The position numbers and the translations under genes were made by a program. Of a stretch of 64,000 bases of DNA, positions 11,628 through 24,489 are shown piece after piece; the first letter of the stretch is position 1, and the number at the start of each line of letters is the position of its first letter. The notes under the pieces are model-generated. The model made no database searches. It saw nothing but the letters and a program-made list of their open reading frames with translations, and was not told the DNA's origin. Origin of the DNA: Sminthopsis crassicaudata (Eukaryota); assembly GCF_048593235.1 (NCBI RefSeq), contig NC_133617.1:528034958-528098957 (forward strand). The letters run 5' to 3'.

Positions 11628-12577
11628 TGGGAGAACAGCTAGGTGTACAGTGAATAGAGTGCCAAGCTTGGAGTTAAGAAGAATCATCTTCCTGAGCTCA
11701 AATGTAGCCTCAGGGAGAGGAGGATTCTGGCAAGACAGCAAAGTAGATCAGAAAATTTCAAGCTCTCCAGATTTTCCCACAAACAAAACAAATTTGTTAC
11801 TCAAGGTGAACATAGACTGGTGAAAAACAGACCTGAAGGAAGATACCAGAATCTGAGTTCAATCAGTTTGAAGGACATACAGCTCTAGACTAGCTCCACA
11901 GAAACAGCAAGCAAGTGGGGACCCCTAGGGCTAACTGGCTTGGAGCAAGCTTTGGTCTGAACGACAGGAATTTTCACCTCCTGGATAGAGTGAGGAGTTG
12001 GGGTTCTGAGTCCGGGCAGACAGAGGAAGCCTCTGCTGATTAATAAAACCAGAGATGTGGCCCTGTGTGAGAAAGAGCCAGTGCATCCATTAATGCAGAA
12101 GAAGTGGGCAGGGATGCTTCTGGCTGCAGGCACTTGCAGGAACAGGGAGATCTTGGCTTGGGGTTCAGGTCAGAGTGGAGTGCTGAAAGGAAACTTGAAG
12201 CACCATCCCCACACCCTATGATTAAAGGTACTTACAATAATACTTCTCATTAAAAAAGAAAAGAGCAGGCAAAGAAGAACCCAACCAGAGAAACTTGAAG
12301 ACAAGGAGTCATTTAGTTGCTCCATAGAATTCTACTATCCCAAGAGTAATGTTAAATGGCTACCTGCCCACAAAGAATTTATAGAAGATCTCAAATCTAG
12401 CCTCAGATATTTACTAGCTGTGTGACCCTGGGAAAATCACTTAGTCCTATCTGCCTCAGTTTCCTCACCTGTTCAATGAGCTGGAGAAGGAAATGACAAA
12501 CCACTTCTGCATCTTTGCCAAGGAAGCCCCAAATGGGGTCCTAACTCAGAGTTAGGAATGCCTGAAAACAACTGAAA
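11628..12577 (+). mobile_element. MAR1 SINE split by an L1 5' fragment
   Basis: 5' half 11628-11713 (gaacagctaggtgtacagtgaatagagtg...). 3' half 12390-12577 (tttactagctgtgtgaccctggg...gagctggagaaggaaatgacaaacc). Confidence 0.9.
11714..12389 (+). mobile_element. L1 5' UTR plus start of ORF1, no 3' end, with 17-bp TSD
   Basis: Starts ggagaggaggattctggcaagacagc. Contains ttgaagcaccatccccac...aggtacttacaataatacttctcattaaaaaagaaaagagcaggcaaag and atggctacctgcccacaaagaatttatagaaga (ORF1 N-terminal region). TSD CTCAAAT(G/C)TAGCCTCAG at 11697-11713 and 12390-12406. Confidence 0.8.
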
Positions 12578-13384
12578 CTTCCTCCTAGGAACCACTTTCC
12601 CCAACTGGACATTTACCCATCACCTGCTGAGCACAGAGCCCTCTATGATACCACATGATAGTTCATTCTAACCCTTTCATATTACAGATGACGAAACTGA
12701 ATCCAGAGAGGATCCCAAGTGGGTGGAGTAAGTTGAGACTTTTCTGACTCTGAGAAGTTTCTTCTTGGCAGTGTCTATATTACTACTTGTGGTGTCAAGC
12801 TCATGGGTTTTTTGTGACAATCAAATGAAAAGAGAAGTAATACATTTTGTCATGATAAAATACTGCAATTTAGTCATTGAGGCAAAATAATATTAGTGCT
12901 AGCCTACATTGAAAGAGGAAATATCCTCACCTGGAATTCCCTGTCTTAAAGAAATCCTGGATCCTCACCCTAACACTCCATTCAGGAATCAGTCCATCCT
13001 GATACATAAAGAAAAACTATTGCCCAGGCTGCTGTTGGAAAAATAGCTTCTTGAGTTTATTAGAAAGTCCTAGCAAGTAGCCTAGGTCTAAGGTACTTTT
13101 CAAGATCTTGGGTAAGCTAAGATAATTCTCAAAAAATCAATACCAATTCTTGGCTTAAACTGGATAATAGGCTATGCTCTGCTTTTGTTACTGATCACTG
13201 GGAGCTGACCCTTGAGTAAATTCATCATTCTAAACCCAGTACTTCCTAAGGCAAATGAATATTATATATTCATTAATGCCAAAATTTCTGGAGCTTGATC
13301 ATAGAGTTGGTGGATTCTTGGACATGGAAGCGATTCTGATATTATGAAGAGAGATTTAAGGATGACCCATGGCATAGTTTTTTT

Positions 13385-13648
13385 TATTCAATTGTTTCAA
13401 TTATGTTTGACTTTTCCTGCCCATTTGGAGTCTTTTTTTTTTTTTTTTTTTTTTTTTGGCAAAGATATCAGAGAGATTTGTCACTTTCTTCTTCAGTTCA
13501 TTTTACTGATGAGGAAACTGAGGCAAACAGGGTTATGTGACTTGCCCAGAATCACACAACCAATAAATGTCTGAAACTGAATTTGAACTCAGGAAAAGGA
13601 GTCTTTCTGACTCTGCCTGGCATTCTACTAAACTACCTAGTTGCTCCT
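13385..13648 (-). mobile_element. MAR1 SINE
   Basis: ttggcaaagatatcagagagatttgtcactttcttcttcagttcattttactgatgaggaaactgaggcaaacaggg. Confidence 0.85.
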
Positions 13649-15004
13649 AGAAAATTATAGCACAGAGGACACACCAATGGATGCTGGAAGTTTGAAAGAC
13701 TAGTGGAACTACCATTTCCCAGAGCCATAATTATAATTGTAGCCTGTAATAGTAATAATACTATGGTGTTGGCTACTATATTATATTCTTTGACTAATGT
13801 TTATACCTGCCTATTAAGGAATCTGGGTAAAATGGAATACATTTCCATATGCATAACATAAATTGAGAGGGAAAAATAGTATTCAACTGATAAAAATTTG
13901 TACTTCTTCTGGAATATTCACTGTCAAGACACCCAGGCTAACTCTAGCTCTGCTATGAATTAGCCATGTCACTTTTTGCAAATCACGTCTGTTTCTGGAC
14001 CTTGATTTCCCCAACTGTAAAATGAAGAAATCAGACTAGCTGCTCTGTAAAAAGTTTTCCAATGGACAATTTACAATTCTGTATAAGCATGGTGTTAAAG
14101 AAAGAAAAAAATTCTAAATAGTGAAGTTCTGAATATAAGAGTGAAGAGATGCAGTGTGTGGGTGGGATGAGAAAGATCAGTTAGCTAAGGTTTATTTAGA
14201 GGTGAGAGGTAGACTAGATTTTGAAGAATGGGAAGAACGTACATTGTTGGGAAAAAGGGGAGTAAATTATCTCCAGCTCTTGGCATGCAGAAATGCTTTG
14301 AGAAATAAATAGCAACCTCTTTTGAAAAAATTGTATTTTCAGAATTGTGATTAGGATAGATGAGATTATTCTTCCCCACTCTTCCCTAAGTATTTTATGG
14401 AGTAGTCTGCCACTTTACTGCCCCTGAATCTAAAATGAAAGTGGTTAAGCATGGAAAATAATTCTTTTTCTCATTTCTCCAGGATCCACTTCATCATTCC
14501 TGTAAGAGAGCAAAGTCTTCTTTCCTTTGGTGGCAGACCTCAGGTTGAACTTAGAGCATCAAGTTATCTACCATAATAATTCTCAGTATTAATATTGTTA
14601 TTAATAAAAAGGGTTGGGAAAGCCTAATTCAGTCTTGTAACTGTTATACAGAATTATCCTTTGTTGGGCACAATAGGAAGAGTTGGCTCCAAATTCAAAA
14701 TAATATTTGAAAGAACTCATTAATGATTTCATTTGGAATCCAATTTGATTTTTGTTTTCTTTCCTATTTTCTTTCTTGATTTTTTCCTTCAATGTCCATT
14801 AGCATTTATGAGCTTCAAGGATAAGTAGGACACATTTGAAAATTTTTTTGTGGTTTTATAGTATAAAAGCAGCAACAATAACAACAGCAGTACTAGATTA
14901 AGGAGACCTAGAATTAAGTCTCACTTCTTCAAATAATTCATTGTGTGATCTTAAAAGAATTGCTTTGACTATTTGGTCTTCACTTTCCTTCTTAATAAAA
15001 TGAA

Positions 15005-16860
15005 TCTGTCAACAAGCATTTATTAAGTGTCTATTATGTGTTAGGCACTCTGTTAAACCTTAGGGACAGAAAACAAAACAAAACAAAACAAAACTACAAA
15101 ATAGTCCCTGCCCTCCAGGAACTCAGAGTCTAATGGGAGAGACAAGATGTAGTCAACCATGGACAAACAAAATATCTACATGAAAACTGAGGGTAGTGTC
15201 AGAGAGAAGTTATGGAAAAAGTTCTTGCAAGGGATAGAATTTTAACCAAGACTTAAAAAAAGCCAGGAGATAAGGAATAAGAGTTCCAGGCATGGAGGAT
15301 AACCAATGAAAATGTTTGGACTTGGGTATGGAGTGACATGTGTATTGGGCCACAAGGAATCAGTGTCACTGGGTCATAGCACACATGGAAGAAGGGAAGC
15401 AAAGTATAATCCTGGAAAGGAAGGAAGAAGCCATGTTATGAGGGGAGATAATAGGGAAGCAGTGGATTTTATTGGATGGGCAATAAAATATTCAGAGCAG
15501 GACCTATGAAAGATCACTTTGAAAGCTAAAGGAGGGGGGGGGGGAATGTACTGGAATAGAGAAAGACAGGGAGATCAAATAACTAGCTATTACACTACCC
15601 AAGAAGGAGGTGACAAGGTGATAAAGATAGAAACAACAGAGCATAACAATGTATTAGATATATGGTAATGAGAGGGAATGAGGAATCAAGGATGCTATCT
15701 AGATGGTGAGCCTGGCTGATTGGGAGGATGGCCATACTCTTCATAATAATAGGAAATTAGAAAGAGGGAAGGAGAAGATCACTATACACTTCAACAACAA
15801 TACTGTATGAAGATGTATTCTGATGGAAGTGGATATCTTCAACATAGAGAAGATCCAACTCACTTCCAGCTGACCAATGATGGACAGAAACAGCTACACC
15901 CAGAGAAGGAACACTGGGAAGTGAATGTAAACTGTTAGCACTACTGTCTATCTACCCAGGTTACTTATACCTTCGGAATCCAATACTTAACGTGCAACAA
16001 GAAAATTGGATTTACACACATATATTGTATCTAGCTTATACTGTAACACATGTAAAATGTGTGGGATTGCCTGTCATCTAGGGGAGGGAGTAGAGGGAAG
16101 GAGGGGAAAATTTGGAAAAATGAATACAAGGGATAATATTATAAAAAATTACTCATGCATATATACTGCCAAAATTTTATAATTATAAAATTAATTTAAA
16201 AAATAAAAAAATTTAAAAAAGAAAGAGGGAAGGGTTTTTGGGAAAATATTAAGAGTAGTTTTGGACATATTGAGTTTAAGATGTTGGGACATCCAATTTG
16301 ATATATTCAATAGGCAGTTGGAGAAGTGAGACTGAAGCTCAGGAAAAAGGTTAGGGCTGGACAAATAGATCTGATAATCATCTTCAGAGAGATGATAGTT
16401 GAATCCATGGAAGCTCATGAAATCATTACATGAAAAAGTAGAGAGAGAGAGATGAGAACTCAGAGCAGAGTCTTGGGGATGGAGAGGAATTGTCCATGGC
16501 TATTGGACATGACCAGGATGAAGATCTAATGGAGAAGACTGAAAAAGAGTGCTCAAACAGGTAAAATGAGAGAGTAGTGTCAAGAAAACCAAGAAAGAAT
16601 GGAATATTAAGGAGAAGGAGGTGATAATGTCATATACTTTAGGGAAGTGAAGAAGGATGAGGATTGAGAAAAGATCATTAGATTTGGCAATGAAGAGGAC
16701 ATTAATAGCTTTTAGAGAGAGTAATTTCAGTTGAATGATAAATTCAGAAGTCAGATTGTAGAGAGATAAAATGAGAATGAGAGGAAAGAAAGTGAAAGTA
16801 CTAATTATAAATGACCTTCTAAAGGAGTTCAGACACAGAAGGAGGAGAAATATGGAATGA
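15005..16860 (-). mobile_element. L2 LINE 3' region, interrupted by a young L1
   Basis: caagcatttattaagtgtctattatgtgttaggcac...gtccctgccctccaggaactc. GA-rich L2 antisense sequence continues after 16233 (ttttggacatattgagtttaagatg...). Confidence 0.8.
15773..16219 (+). mobile_element. Young 5'-truncated L1 3' end with perfect TSD
   Basis: 3' UTR with G-rich tract and A-rich tail. Perfect TSD AGAAAGAGGGAAGG at 15759-15772 and 16220-16233. CpGs retained. Confidence 0.95.
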
Positions 16861-17889
16861 CAGTGGGGATGTATGAATTAAGTAAGGATTTTTTGAGGCT
16901 GGGGAAGACATAAGTATATATATGTAGACATGGTTTATAGAAGAGAAATAGCCAGTAGATAGGAATAGGTTAGTGAGAGAATTGGATTAATAGAAATGTG
17001 AATTTGTTGTAGAAACTAGAATAGAATAGGATAAAGAGACTAGGTTAGATGCTTGCTAAGGCCTTTTTCAGCTCAAAAATAAAATCACATAGTTCTATTC
17101 AAATGTTGATAGTAGCAATGCTGACAATCACTGATTTTTTTTTCCAGTCTTGGTTTCCTAACAGTCACATCATGAAAAGCAGAGAAGAACCATGGATTTT
17201 CTTTATTTCAAAAGTAAGAACCATGAGGTCTTTATAGCTGGTTGAAGAACTAACATCTGGAGAGTATTAATTGTTCCAGCATGAAAATGCATATCCTTTA
17301 TTTTTATCTGAATATAATAATTTGATATAGTAATACTAGGTTTCATTTAGTCAATGTTTTAATATTTGCAAAGTAGAGTCAGTGGTGCAAGTGTTATCCC
17401 TCTTTCACAAATGAGGAAATTAAGGCTCAGATAAGTGAAAGAGCGTGCCCAAGGTCTTAGAATTTATCTGTAAGAACTGGATCTTGAACACAGTTCCTCT
17501 TTCCAGGCCAATGCTTTTTCCACAGCATGAAACATCTCTCCATGATTTTTTTTTATCATATTATAGATATAGATAAGCATTTGCTCAAAAAAACCCATAC
17601 CTCTTGATTTTATATCATTGAGTTTTTAAAAATAATCTAACCAGAGAACATATTAGTTAAAAATACATTTATTTACATAGCATAAAATTGTTAATCACTA
17701 AAGTGAATACAAGATTTCATGGTTCTTTTTTTTAAATAAAAAAAGTATTTGATTTACTAGAACAAAATAGTGCCTTTAAGGCTTTCCTTGGAATAAATCA
17801 TCATTTTTGCATATATTAAAATTATGTAAAATTCCTTGGAAAATAAAATCTTATTTGATTATCCTTAGTCATTAATGCTAAAAGAGATA

Positions 17890-18620
17890 CAAAACAGCTA
17901 GAGGCATTTGCCATTATCATGGAGGAGATCCAAGAGTTCAGATTGAAAAGTAATTCCCTATAGATGGTGAGATCCTCCAGATGTAGATGCCTTTGTACTT
18001 ATTACATCAAACTCTGGAATGCTATAGAACTTCCTGGATAGCATCCATACCTACTCAAAATTGTTTGGACTATATACACAGGGAAAAATGAATGGATGAA
18101 GAATTAATTAATCAAATAATAAACATTTACTAAGCAACTGCAAAGTGCCATTTATTAAGCATTTAATAATTTGTGAAAAGCAATGAAGGCACTGTGCTAA
18201 GTGCTACTGCCAATAAAGAGCACTTGTACACCAGTATTTATAGCTTAGGTAGACATTGCAAATGGACAATTAATTGGATACAGAATTGAACGGAAGATGA
18301 GAATAATCTGGAAAATTGGAAACTTTTTCTTAATGACCCCAAACTTCTCTGACCAAGGGCCAGTCTTTTAAAATATTGATATATTCCTGTTCTGTTGTAT
18401 GATTTAAATTTTTAGAATAGCACTAGAGTCTTTGAAGAGTTGAAAAAGAACATCTCTCAGAAAGCAATATTTAGATTTATGGTAGGTATGAGGTAGTTGC
18501 AAAATGTTACAAAATGGCAGCCTAGCCAATAGAACCCAATCTTGAGAGCATGCACAGAATATACTTCCTATTGCTAGCTAAATGGAAGCTGCTTCCAAAA
18601 AGGCATGATGATATATTGGG
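17890..18620 (+). mobile_element. Degraded RTE-clade LINE (second, older marsupial RTE type) with an L2 tail inserted at about 18110-18210
   Basis: gatggtgagatcctccagatg ~DGEVLQM, ctcaaaattgtttggactatatacacagggaaaaatgaatggatgaag ~SKEFGLTIHTGKTKWMK, ttaatgaccccaaacttctc...aagggccagtctttt. Confidence 0.65.
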
Positions 18621-19517
18621 AAAAATGCCCCACTTTCTGATTCCGAGCATGTGCAGACATTATTACCTTTTCCAATGCTCTTACCAGATGAAGAAGAAAA
18701 GCCTTTTTACCTGATTGCTGAGCCAGAAAAGATTGAATTTAAAAAGTACTAACAGGCTGAGGCATTTTCTCTTTTCTGTCTGGTTGTGTTTGAGAGATGT
18801 AGCAAGGACAGCTATAAGTCTATTGGTGGGTGAATGGGGGACAGGGAAAGAGAAAGAGAGGCAAACCTTGAAACTTTATATTCTGACCTAGGTCATCGTC
18901 ATTTGTTTGGCCTGTGAAAGTGTGGCCTTTCTATTGCTTCTATCTTTGTTGTATGGGTCCTTTCCTGCAATAGGTGAGATTTGGCAATTGATTGCATATA
19001 TATGATGAGGAATGAGGAATTGAGGATATTGCTGAGGTTACTGTTCTGGGAGATTGGAATATCTTGGTATGTTTTTTCATTCTAATCACAGAGTTAGCTA
19101 CAGATGGACAAGATTGAGAAATGCATGGAAACTTTTATTTTGATTTCTGGAGAGCACGAAATTCTTTATTCTTTAATGGGATATTAATAAAGAACCCATT
19201 TTATAGAAAACATTGAGACAATTTCTGGGGATAGGTACTATCTCACTCCTTCATTTATTTTTCCTCCCCCAATTCTATTTCTTATTCTTCTTTTTTTTTT
19301 TTTTTTATCAATTTATTAAGCAATGCGTGCCAACTGCGTAACAAAGCAGGTCCAGATCTTCCTTAGCTCAGGCATGGGACTTAACAGGAGACAGACTTTT
19401 GTGCACTAAAAACAATTAATCAAGCAAAACCAATTAATTAAAAGAAAACAATTAACCAGGATACAAAATTAGATCATCTAATTTCTAATTGGAGGAAAAT
19501 TTAGGGACTTTCCAAGT

Positions 19518-19930
19518 TGTGAGGGAGAAAGTAAATGTGTACAATTCTTTGAAATCAGAGAAAGAGGTGTTCTACTTCCCAAGTGTCTATATTTAGGAAC
19601 ATGGAAATAATAACTGATTGGTCAATATGGGGCCAGTTTTTAGATAAGACCTATGGTTTGCTTGAGATGTATAATTATGAGCTAACTCCTTGTATCAGTC
19701 TTCAGATTGATTGGGTTTCTGGTCAGTATAACTTTGGCCTTTAGTTAAGGTCCAAGCAATAGGTAGAAATGGTCCAGCTTCCTGACCATGCGGGGTTAAA
19801 TTCAGACATTGCATTATTTTCCCTCAATTCTTGCAACTGAATAAAGTTTTCTCATGTGGACTAGACACCTAACTTTTCTATTGAAAGTGAACTGAACAGA
19901 AAGTGAACTGAGCTATAGAACTGATTCACA
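19518..19930 (+). mobile_element. Probable solo LTR
   Basis: About 410 bp, starts TGTGAGGGAG and ends ..GATTCA(CA). Contains ctgattggtc (CCAAT, reverse) and AATAAA near 19840. Possible 5-bp TSD CAAGT/CAAGA. Confidence 0.5.
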
Positions 19931-20234
19931 AGATGGAATCAATTTTGTTCACCCAATTGTCACAGTTAAACACTTGCTATTTTAATTCCCTCAGTGGTAA
20001 GAATCAAAGATGAGAACATGTAAAACTAAAACATGTAACATGTAAAATGTTTTGAAAACCTAAAAGCATTATATACATGCAATTGCTATCACTACTATGA
20101 CAACGACTACTACTACCACTACCACTACCATCACCAGTAGTGCTACTATTACCTAGTTCAACTCTTCATAGAGTTTACAATAAAGGAATCCTGGATTGAG
20201 ATTCAGGGAAGCCATGTGCAAATCCTTCCATATT

Positions 20235-20430
20235 TAAGAAGAGATGATTGTTAAATTTTCAATTGTGAGCATTCATACCTCAGAAATCGGCAAGTTGTAA
20301 ATCAGGGTTTGATTTGTTCTTTGTTTTTCTAGACTAAAGGAAGTGACAGAGAAAAATAATGCAGGTTAAACTTTAAAGGGTTTTTTTTTTTTTTTTTTTT
20401 TTTGCATTTTATGAGGGCTGGGTGTGAAAG
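20235..20430 (+). mobile_element. hAT (Blackjack/MER63-like) DNA transposon fragment
   Basis: gattgttaaattttca...gaaatcggcaagttgtaaatcagggtttgatt...ctagactaaaggaagtg...taatgcaggttaaactttaaa resembles the MER63 internal sequence. Confidence 0.6.
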
Positions 20431-20489
20431 TATACTCCTGTTTTAAGGTCCCTTCCAACTCTTAATGTATGATCCCATTAATTTTGTCA

Positions 20490-20708
20490 AGGAATAGAGT
20501 GATGAGTTTGAAGTCAGGATGACTCATCTTCTTGAATCTCTCTTCAGACACATATTAGCTGTATGACCCTGGATAAGTCACTCACCCCTGTTTGCCTCAG
20601 TTTCTCATCTGTAAAATGAATTTAAGAAGGAAATAGCAACCCATTGTAGTGTCTTTACCAAGAAAACCCTAAATGAGGGCATGAAGATGGGACATGATTG
20701 AAATGACT
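20490..20708 (+). mobile_element. MAR1 SINE
   Basis: gctgtatgaccctggataagtcac...gcctcagtttctcatctgtaaaatg...gaaggaaatagcaacc...caagaaaacc. Confidence 0.85.
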
Positions 20709-20939
20709 TCGTGTTAAAGATTCTATATATCTCCATCATTACTCCCACTTATGTCTTGAAAGAATGAAAAAAAAAGGTGTGACAATTCATAAATAGTAAT
20801 TCTAACTTTGAATATGAATGAGATGCTTGTAGTAGATCCCTTTATGATGGCAATAAAAAGGAAATTGCAAGGATCTCCATCAACTGAAGTAATTGCAAAA
20901 GTTGTAGTGTATGGTTGTGACAATACTACTGTATTAATA

Positions 20940-21420
20940 GAAACAATGAACTCAACGACCTTAGAAAGGTATGGAAAGACTTGTAAAGACTGGTGAAGAA
21001 CCAAGAGAATATTATATATAGTAACAGAAATTCTGTTTGAAAGATGGCTTGGAGCAACCAAATCACTTTGACTATTATGAATACACAAATTAAAAATAAA
21101 GGACTTAAGAAGGATGTCATCTTCGTCTAAAGAAAAAACTTGATAAACAGAAATATGTATAAAATAATTTCACATGCATATATGTGTGTATGTGTATATG
21201 TATGTCTATATCTATATCTATATATATGATTAATAGTAGTCATCTTAAGGGTGAGGGGAAGAGGAAAAAGGAAAAAAAGAAATTTGCATGATAACTTTAT
21301 TTTGATTTTAAAAGAAATATCAAGTTATGCATAATGGATTTGCAATTTTATTTGTATTAATCTCTTTATTATGTCTGGAAATTGAATGCTTGTTTTATTC
21401 CATAAATTAAAATCAATAAA
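20940..21420 (+). mobile_element. Old L1 3' end
   Basis: ttagaaaggtatggaaagacttgtaaagactg...gaaccaagagaat, ending taaattaaaatcaataaaaaag. A related terminus lies at 31440-31680. Confidence 0.65.
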
Positions 21421-22501
21421 AAAGAAGCGATACTATATGTGTCCAAAGTACTAGAATAATAGATTTACAACTATAAGGGACTTAAGAGGTCATTTAGTTC
21501 AACCTCTTCAGTTATAGGTGATTGACAAGGGCTCAGAGAGAAAATTACTTATACACATCAGTGATCCATTTGTGATTATAGTGATTCCTGTTCCAAATTT
21601 TCTGGTGACAGTAAAAATGTAGACCAATTTGCTTAAGGGGACAAGGAGGAATTCACCAGTCTGTTGATGGGTTAAGTATCTTGTATTCCAGCCTAGTTGA
21701 AGAAAATAAACACCTGACTTGTGGAAGTAGTTGCTCCCTTTATTTGCCATTTTGTGCTTATTGCTTAAAAGGCTTTCACCAGCCTTTAACCTCCAGGTCA
21801 TTTGGCCAGGCTGGTTTGGTCAGTCAGATCTTGCATGCTTTGATATGCAGGAGGTCTCAGTTTCTTTCAATTAAATGAAAAACCACAGAAAACACTATTT
21901 CTTCAGTTAGACTTGGCCTGTATAATGAGGTGGCACCCAACCATGACAGCTGAAGTCCTTGATGTTCCGTGTCTTGTCTCTAGTAATGAGATGTTTTCTA
22001 GTGGCTGCTAATAGATTAATTTGGATGCTCAGAGCATTAAAGAACTGAAAAAATCAGTTTTCATGCAGGCTTTGTTTTCATAACCAGGTCCAGTTTTCAT
22101 GCCAAAAACTTATAGCTAGGTTCTGATTATTTTGAATAATTAATGCTCTGAAAGATTGAAATGTGCACTATTAAAGTTATAATTATATAAAATATGGTGA
22201 TTAGTTCTGGCCCAGTGCAAATAGGTGGTGTAAATTCAAATAATGTGATCACTTCAGGATATTCCACACTATTCATGATCTGGCTGTGTTGTTCAAGATT
22301 GTTAGTTATACACAGACATAGGATTTAAAGTCAGATTTCTTAAAATCAAATTGAGTGCACTTTCTCCTTTATCATTATACTATAGGAAGAGATGAAAGTA
22401 AGGTCCAAGTATTCTCATTAATTCAAGGGCTTTCCAAATGCATTTGGAAATACCAACTGTTGTTCCTTCAGTAGTCCTTTGTCTTGTCTAGACATACTCA
22501 C

Positions 22502-22548
22502 CGGAAGGGCTCACAGTGAATTCTCTCGAGACTAATTCTCGTAGATGC
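22502..22548 (-). other. Candidate exon (47 nt) of an unidentified minus-strand transcript
   Basis: Consensus donor CCG|GTGAGT, weaker acceptor tactag|G, three CpGs in 47 nt. Open reading HLRELVSREFTVSPS (phase 2 to 1). Confidence 0.35.
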
Positions 22549-22656
22549 CTAGTATTTTAGAGTTGTAATGGATATTAGAAATGATTGAGCTCAAATCCTT
22601 CTTTGACACATAGCAATAACAATTTAAATTTATTAGCAAGTTATAGTAGAAACAGA

Positions 22657-23110
22657 GAAGCTATATGGCTCAATGAATAGAGTGCTAGGTTTGGAGTGAG
22701 GAAGACCCATCTTCCTGAATTCAAATCTGGTCCCAGACATTTACAAGCTATGTAATTCTGGGAAAGTTATTTAACCTTGTTTGCCTCAGTTTCCTCATCT
22801 GTAAGATGATCTGGAGAAAAAAATGGCAAATCACTGCAGTATTTCTGCCAGGAAAACCCCAAATAAAGTCATGAAAAATTGGACAATAATTGAAAAACTA
22901 TTGAACAACAACCACAATTATAGCAGAAACAGTCTTGGATATGGAGAATTAAGTTCAGCTCTGCTGCTTAATAGTTATATGATCTGAAACTACATTCAGT
23001 TTCTCTCTGGGTCTCACTTTCCTCATCTGTAAAATAATTGCACTACCCGATGCACTGGGTAGCTATAAGAAACTATGTGACAAACCTTATAGTATTAGAT
23101 AAATGTGAGC
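22657..23110 (+). mobile_element. MAR1 SINE (22657-22912) followed by MIR (22930-23110)
   Basis: MAR1 5' gaagctatatggctcaatgaatagagtg and 3' tail tgaacaacaac. MIR core ctcactttcctcatctgtaaaat. Confidence 0.85.
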
Positions 23111-23289
23111 CAGGTTTGAGTCTTTTTTTTGTTTGTTTGTTTCTTAATAATAGCTCTAAAAAGTAAATAGTGCAAATATTCTACAGATGAGAAAATAGAT
23201 ATATTCAGTGTTGCATAAATAGTAAGATCTATGGCCAAGACTTAAATCCAGGTTTCTTGTCTCCTATCAGTTTTACTCATGGATCTGTG

Positions 23290-23323
<34 letters not shown>

Positions 23324-23649
23324 CTATTTTTGTAACTGTTTTTCAATTCAATTCATTCATACATGTTTTATATTATATATTTAAAAAACACATTATTTTG
23401 AGAAAAAAGTCTGTAGACTTTTTTATATTGCTAATGAGGTTTATGACAAAAATGGTCAAGAATCCCTACCATACCATTCCTTTTTTTTTTGCAAAGAATT
23501 TAGGGTTGAGTGATATGCTCAAGTAAGTGCCAAATGTCTGAAACTGGATTTGAATTCAATTTCCCTTACTCCAGGGGTGGTGCTCTATCCAACTAACTGT
23601 CCCCTGCATCATATCATTCTAAGGAAAGTGAAGACTTGAATGGTTATTT

Positions 23650-23990
23650 AAAAATAATAATGACAATAATAATAACTAGCATCAATATAGCTTTTCAAGG
23701 TTTGCAAAGTGCTATATATATTTATATGTAAAACATATATGCATATATATAATATAATATATGACTTCAAGGTTTACAAAAAAGTCCCAGAGGGAGTATC
23801 TGACTTGCCCAATACAATATAGTTCTTTGGATCATAGATTTGGAATTAGAAGGGACTTCAAAGGCTATCTAGGTCAGCTTTACAGATGAGAAAACTGAGG
23901 CCTGAAGAGATTAAATGAACTGCCTAAAGTCACACAGAGAAGTTTCAGTAGTTAGATTTAAATTCAAGTCCCCTGACACCAGTCGGTGGT
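23650..23990 (-). mobile_element. MIR/MIR3 fragments
   Basis: tttacagatgagaaaactgaggcctgaagag; ggatcatagatttggaattagaagggac. Confidence 0.65.
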
Positions 23991-24079
23991 TTTTCTGCAT
24001 CATTAATTAATGGCAGAACTAATAAATAGCAAGAGTTAAAACAGAGGTATCCTTATTGCCAATTTCAGTAATTTTTTAA

Positions 24080-24415
24080 AGGTAAAAATACTATGCTTTG
24101 ATCCACATTCAGTTTCCATAGTTCTCTCTCTATATGCAGATAACACATTCTGTTACAAGTCTATTAGAATTGCTTTGCATCACTTCAATGTTGAAAAGAG
24201 CCAAATCCATCACAGTTGATCATCACATAGTCTTGTTTGTTACTATCTACAATGTTCTTTTGGTTGTGCTTACTTTATTCAGCATTAGTTCATGTAAGTC
24301 TTTCTAGGCTTTTCTGAAATAAGCCTGCTCATCATTTCTTATAGAACAATAACATTCCATTACATTCATATAGCATAAGTTATTCAGCCATTCCCCTACT
24401 GAAGGGCATCCTTGG
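24080..24415 (-). mobile_element. L1 3' fragment
   Basis: gttgaaaagagcc...cacagttgatcatcacatagtcttg...gctcatcatttcttatagaacaataacattccattacattcata. Confidence 0.85.
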
Positions 24416-24489
24416 TATTCCTTCTGCAACAACAAAAAAAAATCTCACTTTGTCCCTTTTTTTCTCACCTCATTTCATTGAGGAAGCAA

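Noticed and set aside
11458-11823. 121-aa ORF
   Set aside because: It runs through MIR3, MAR1 and L1 5' UTR sequence; a chance ORF.
14483-14625. Plus-strand terminal exon (strong acceptor at 14482, AATAAA at 14603-14608)
   Set aside because: Short unrecognisable frames and no linked upstream exon; such sites arise by chance in AT-rich DNA.
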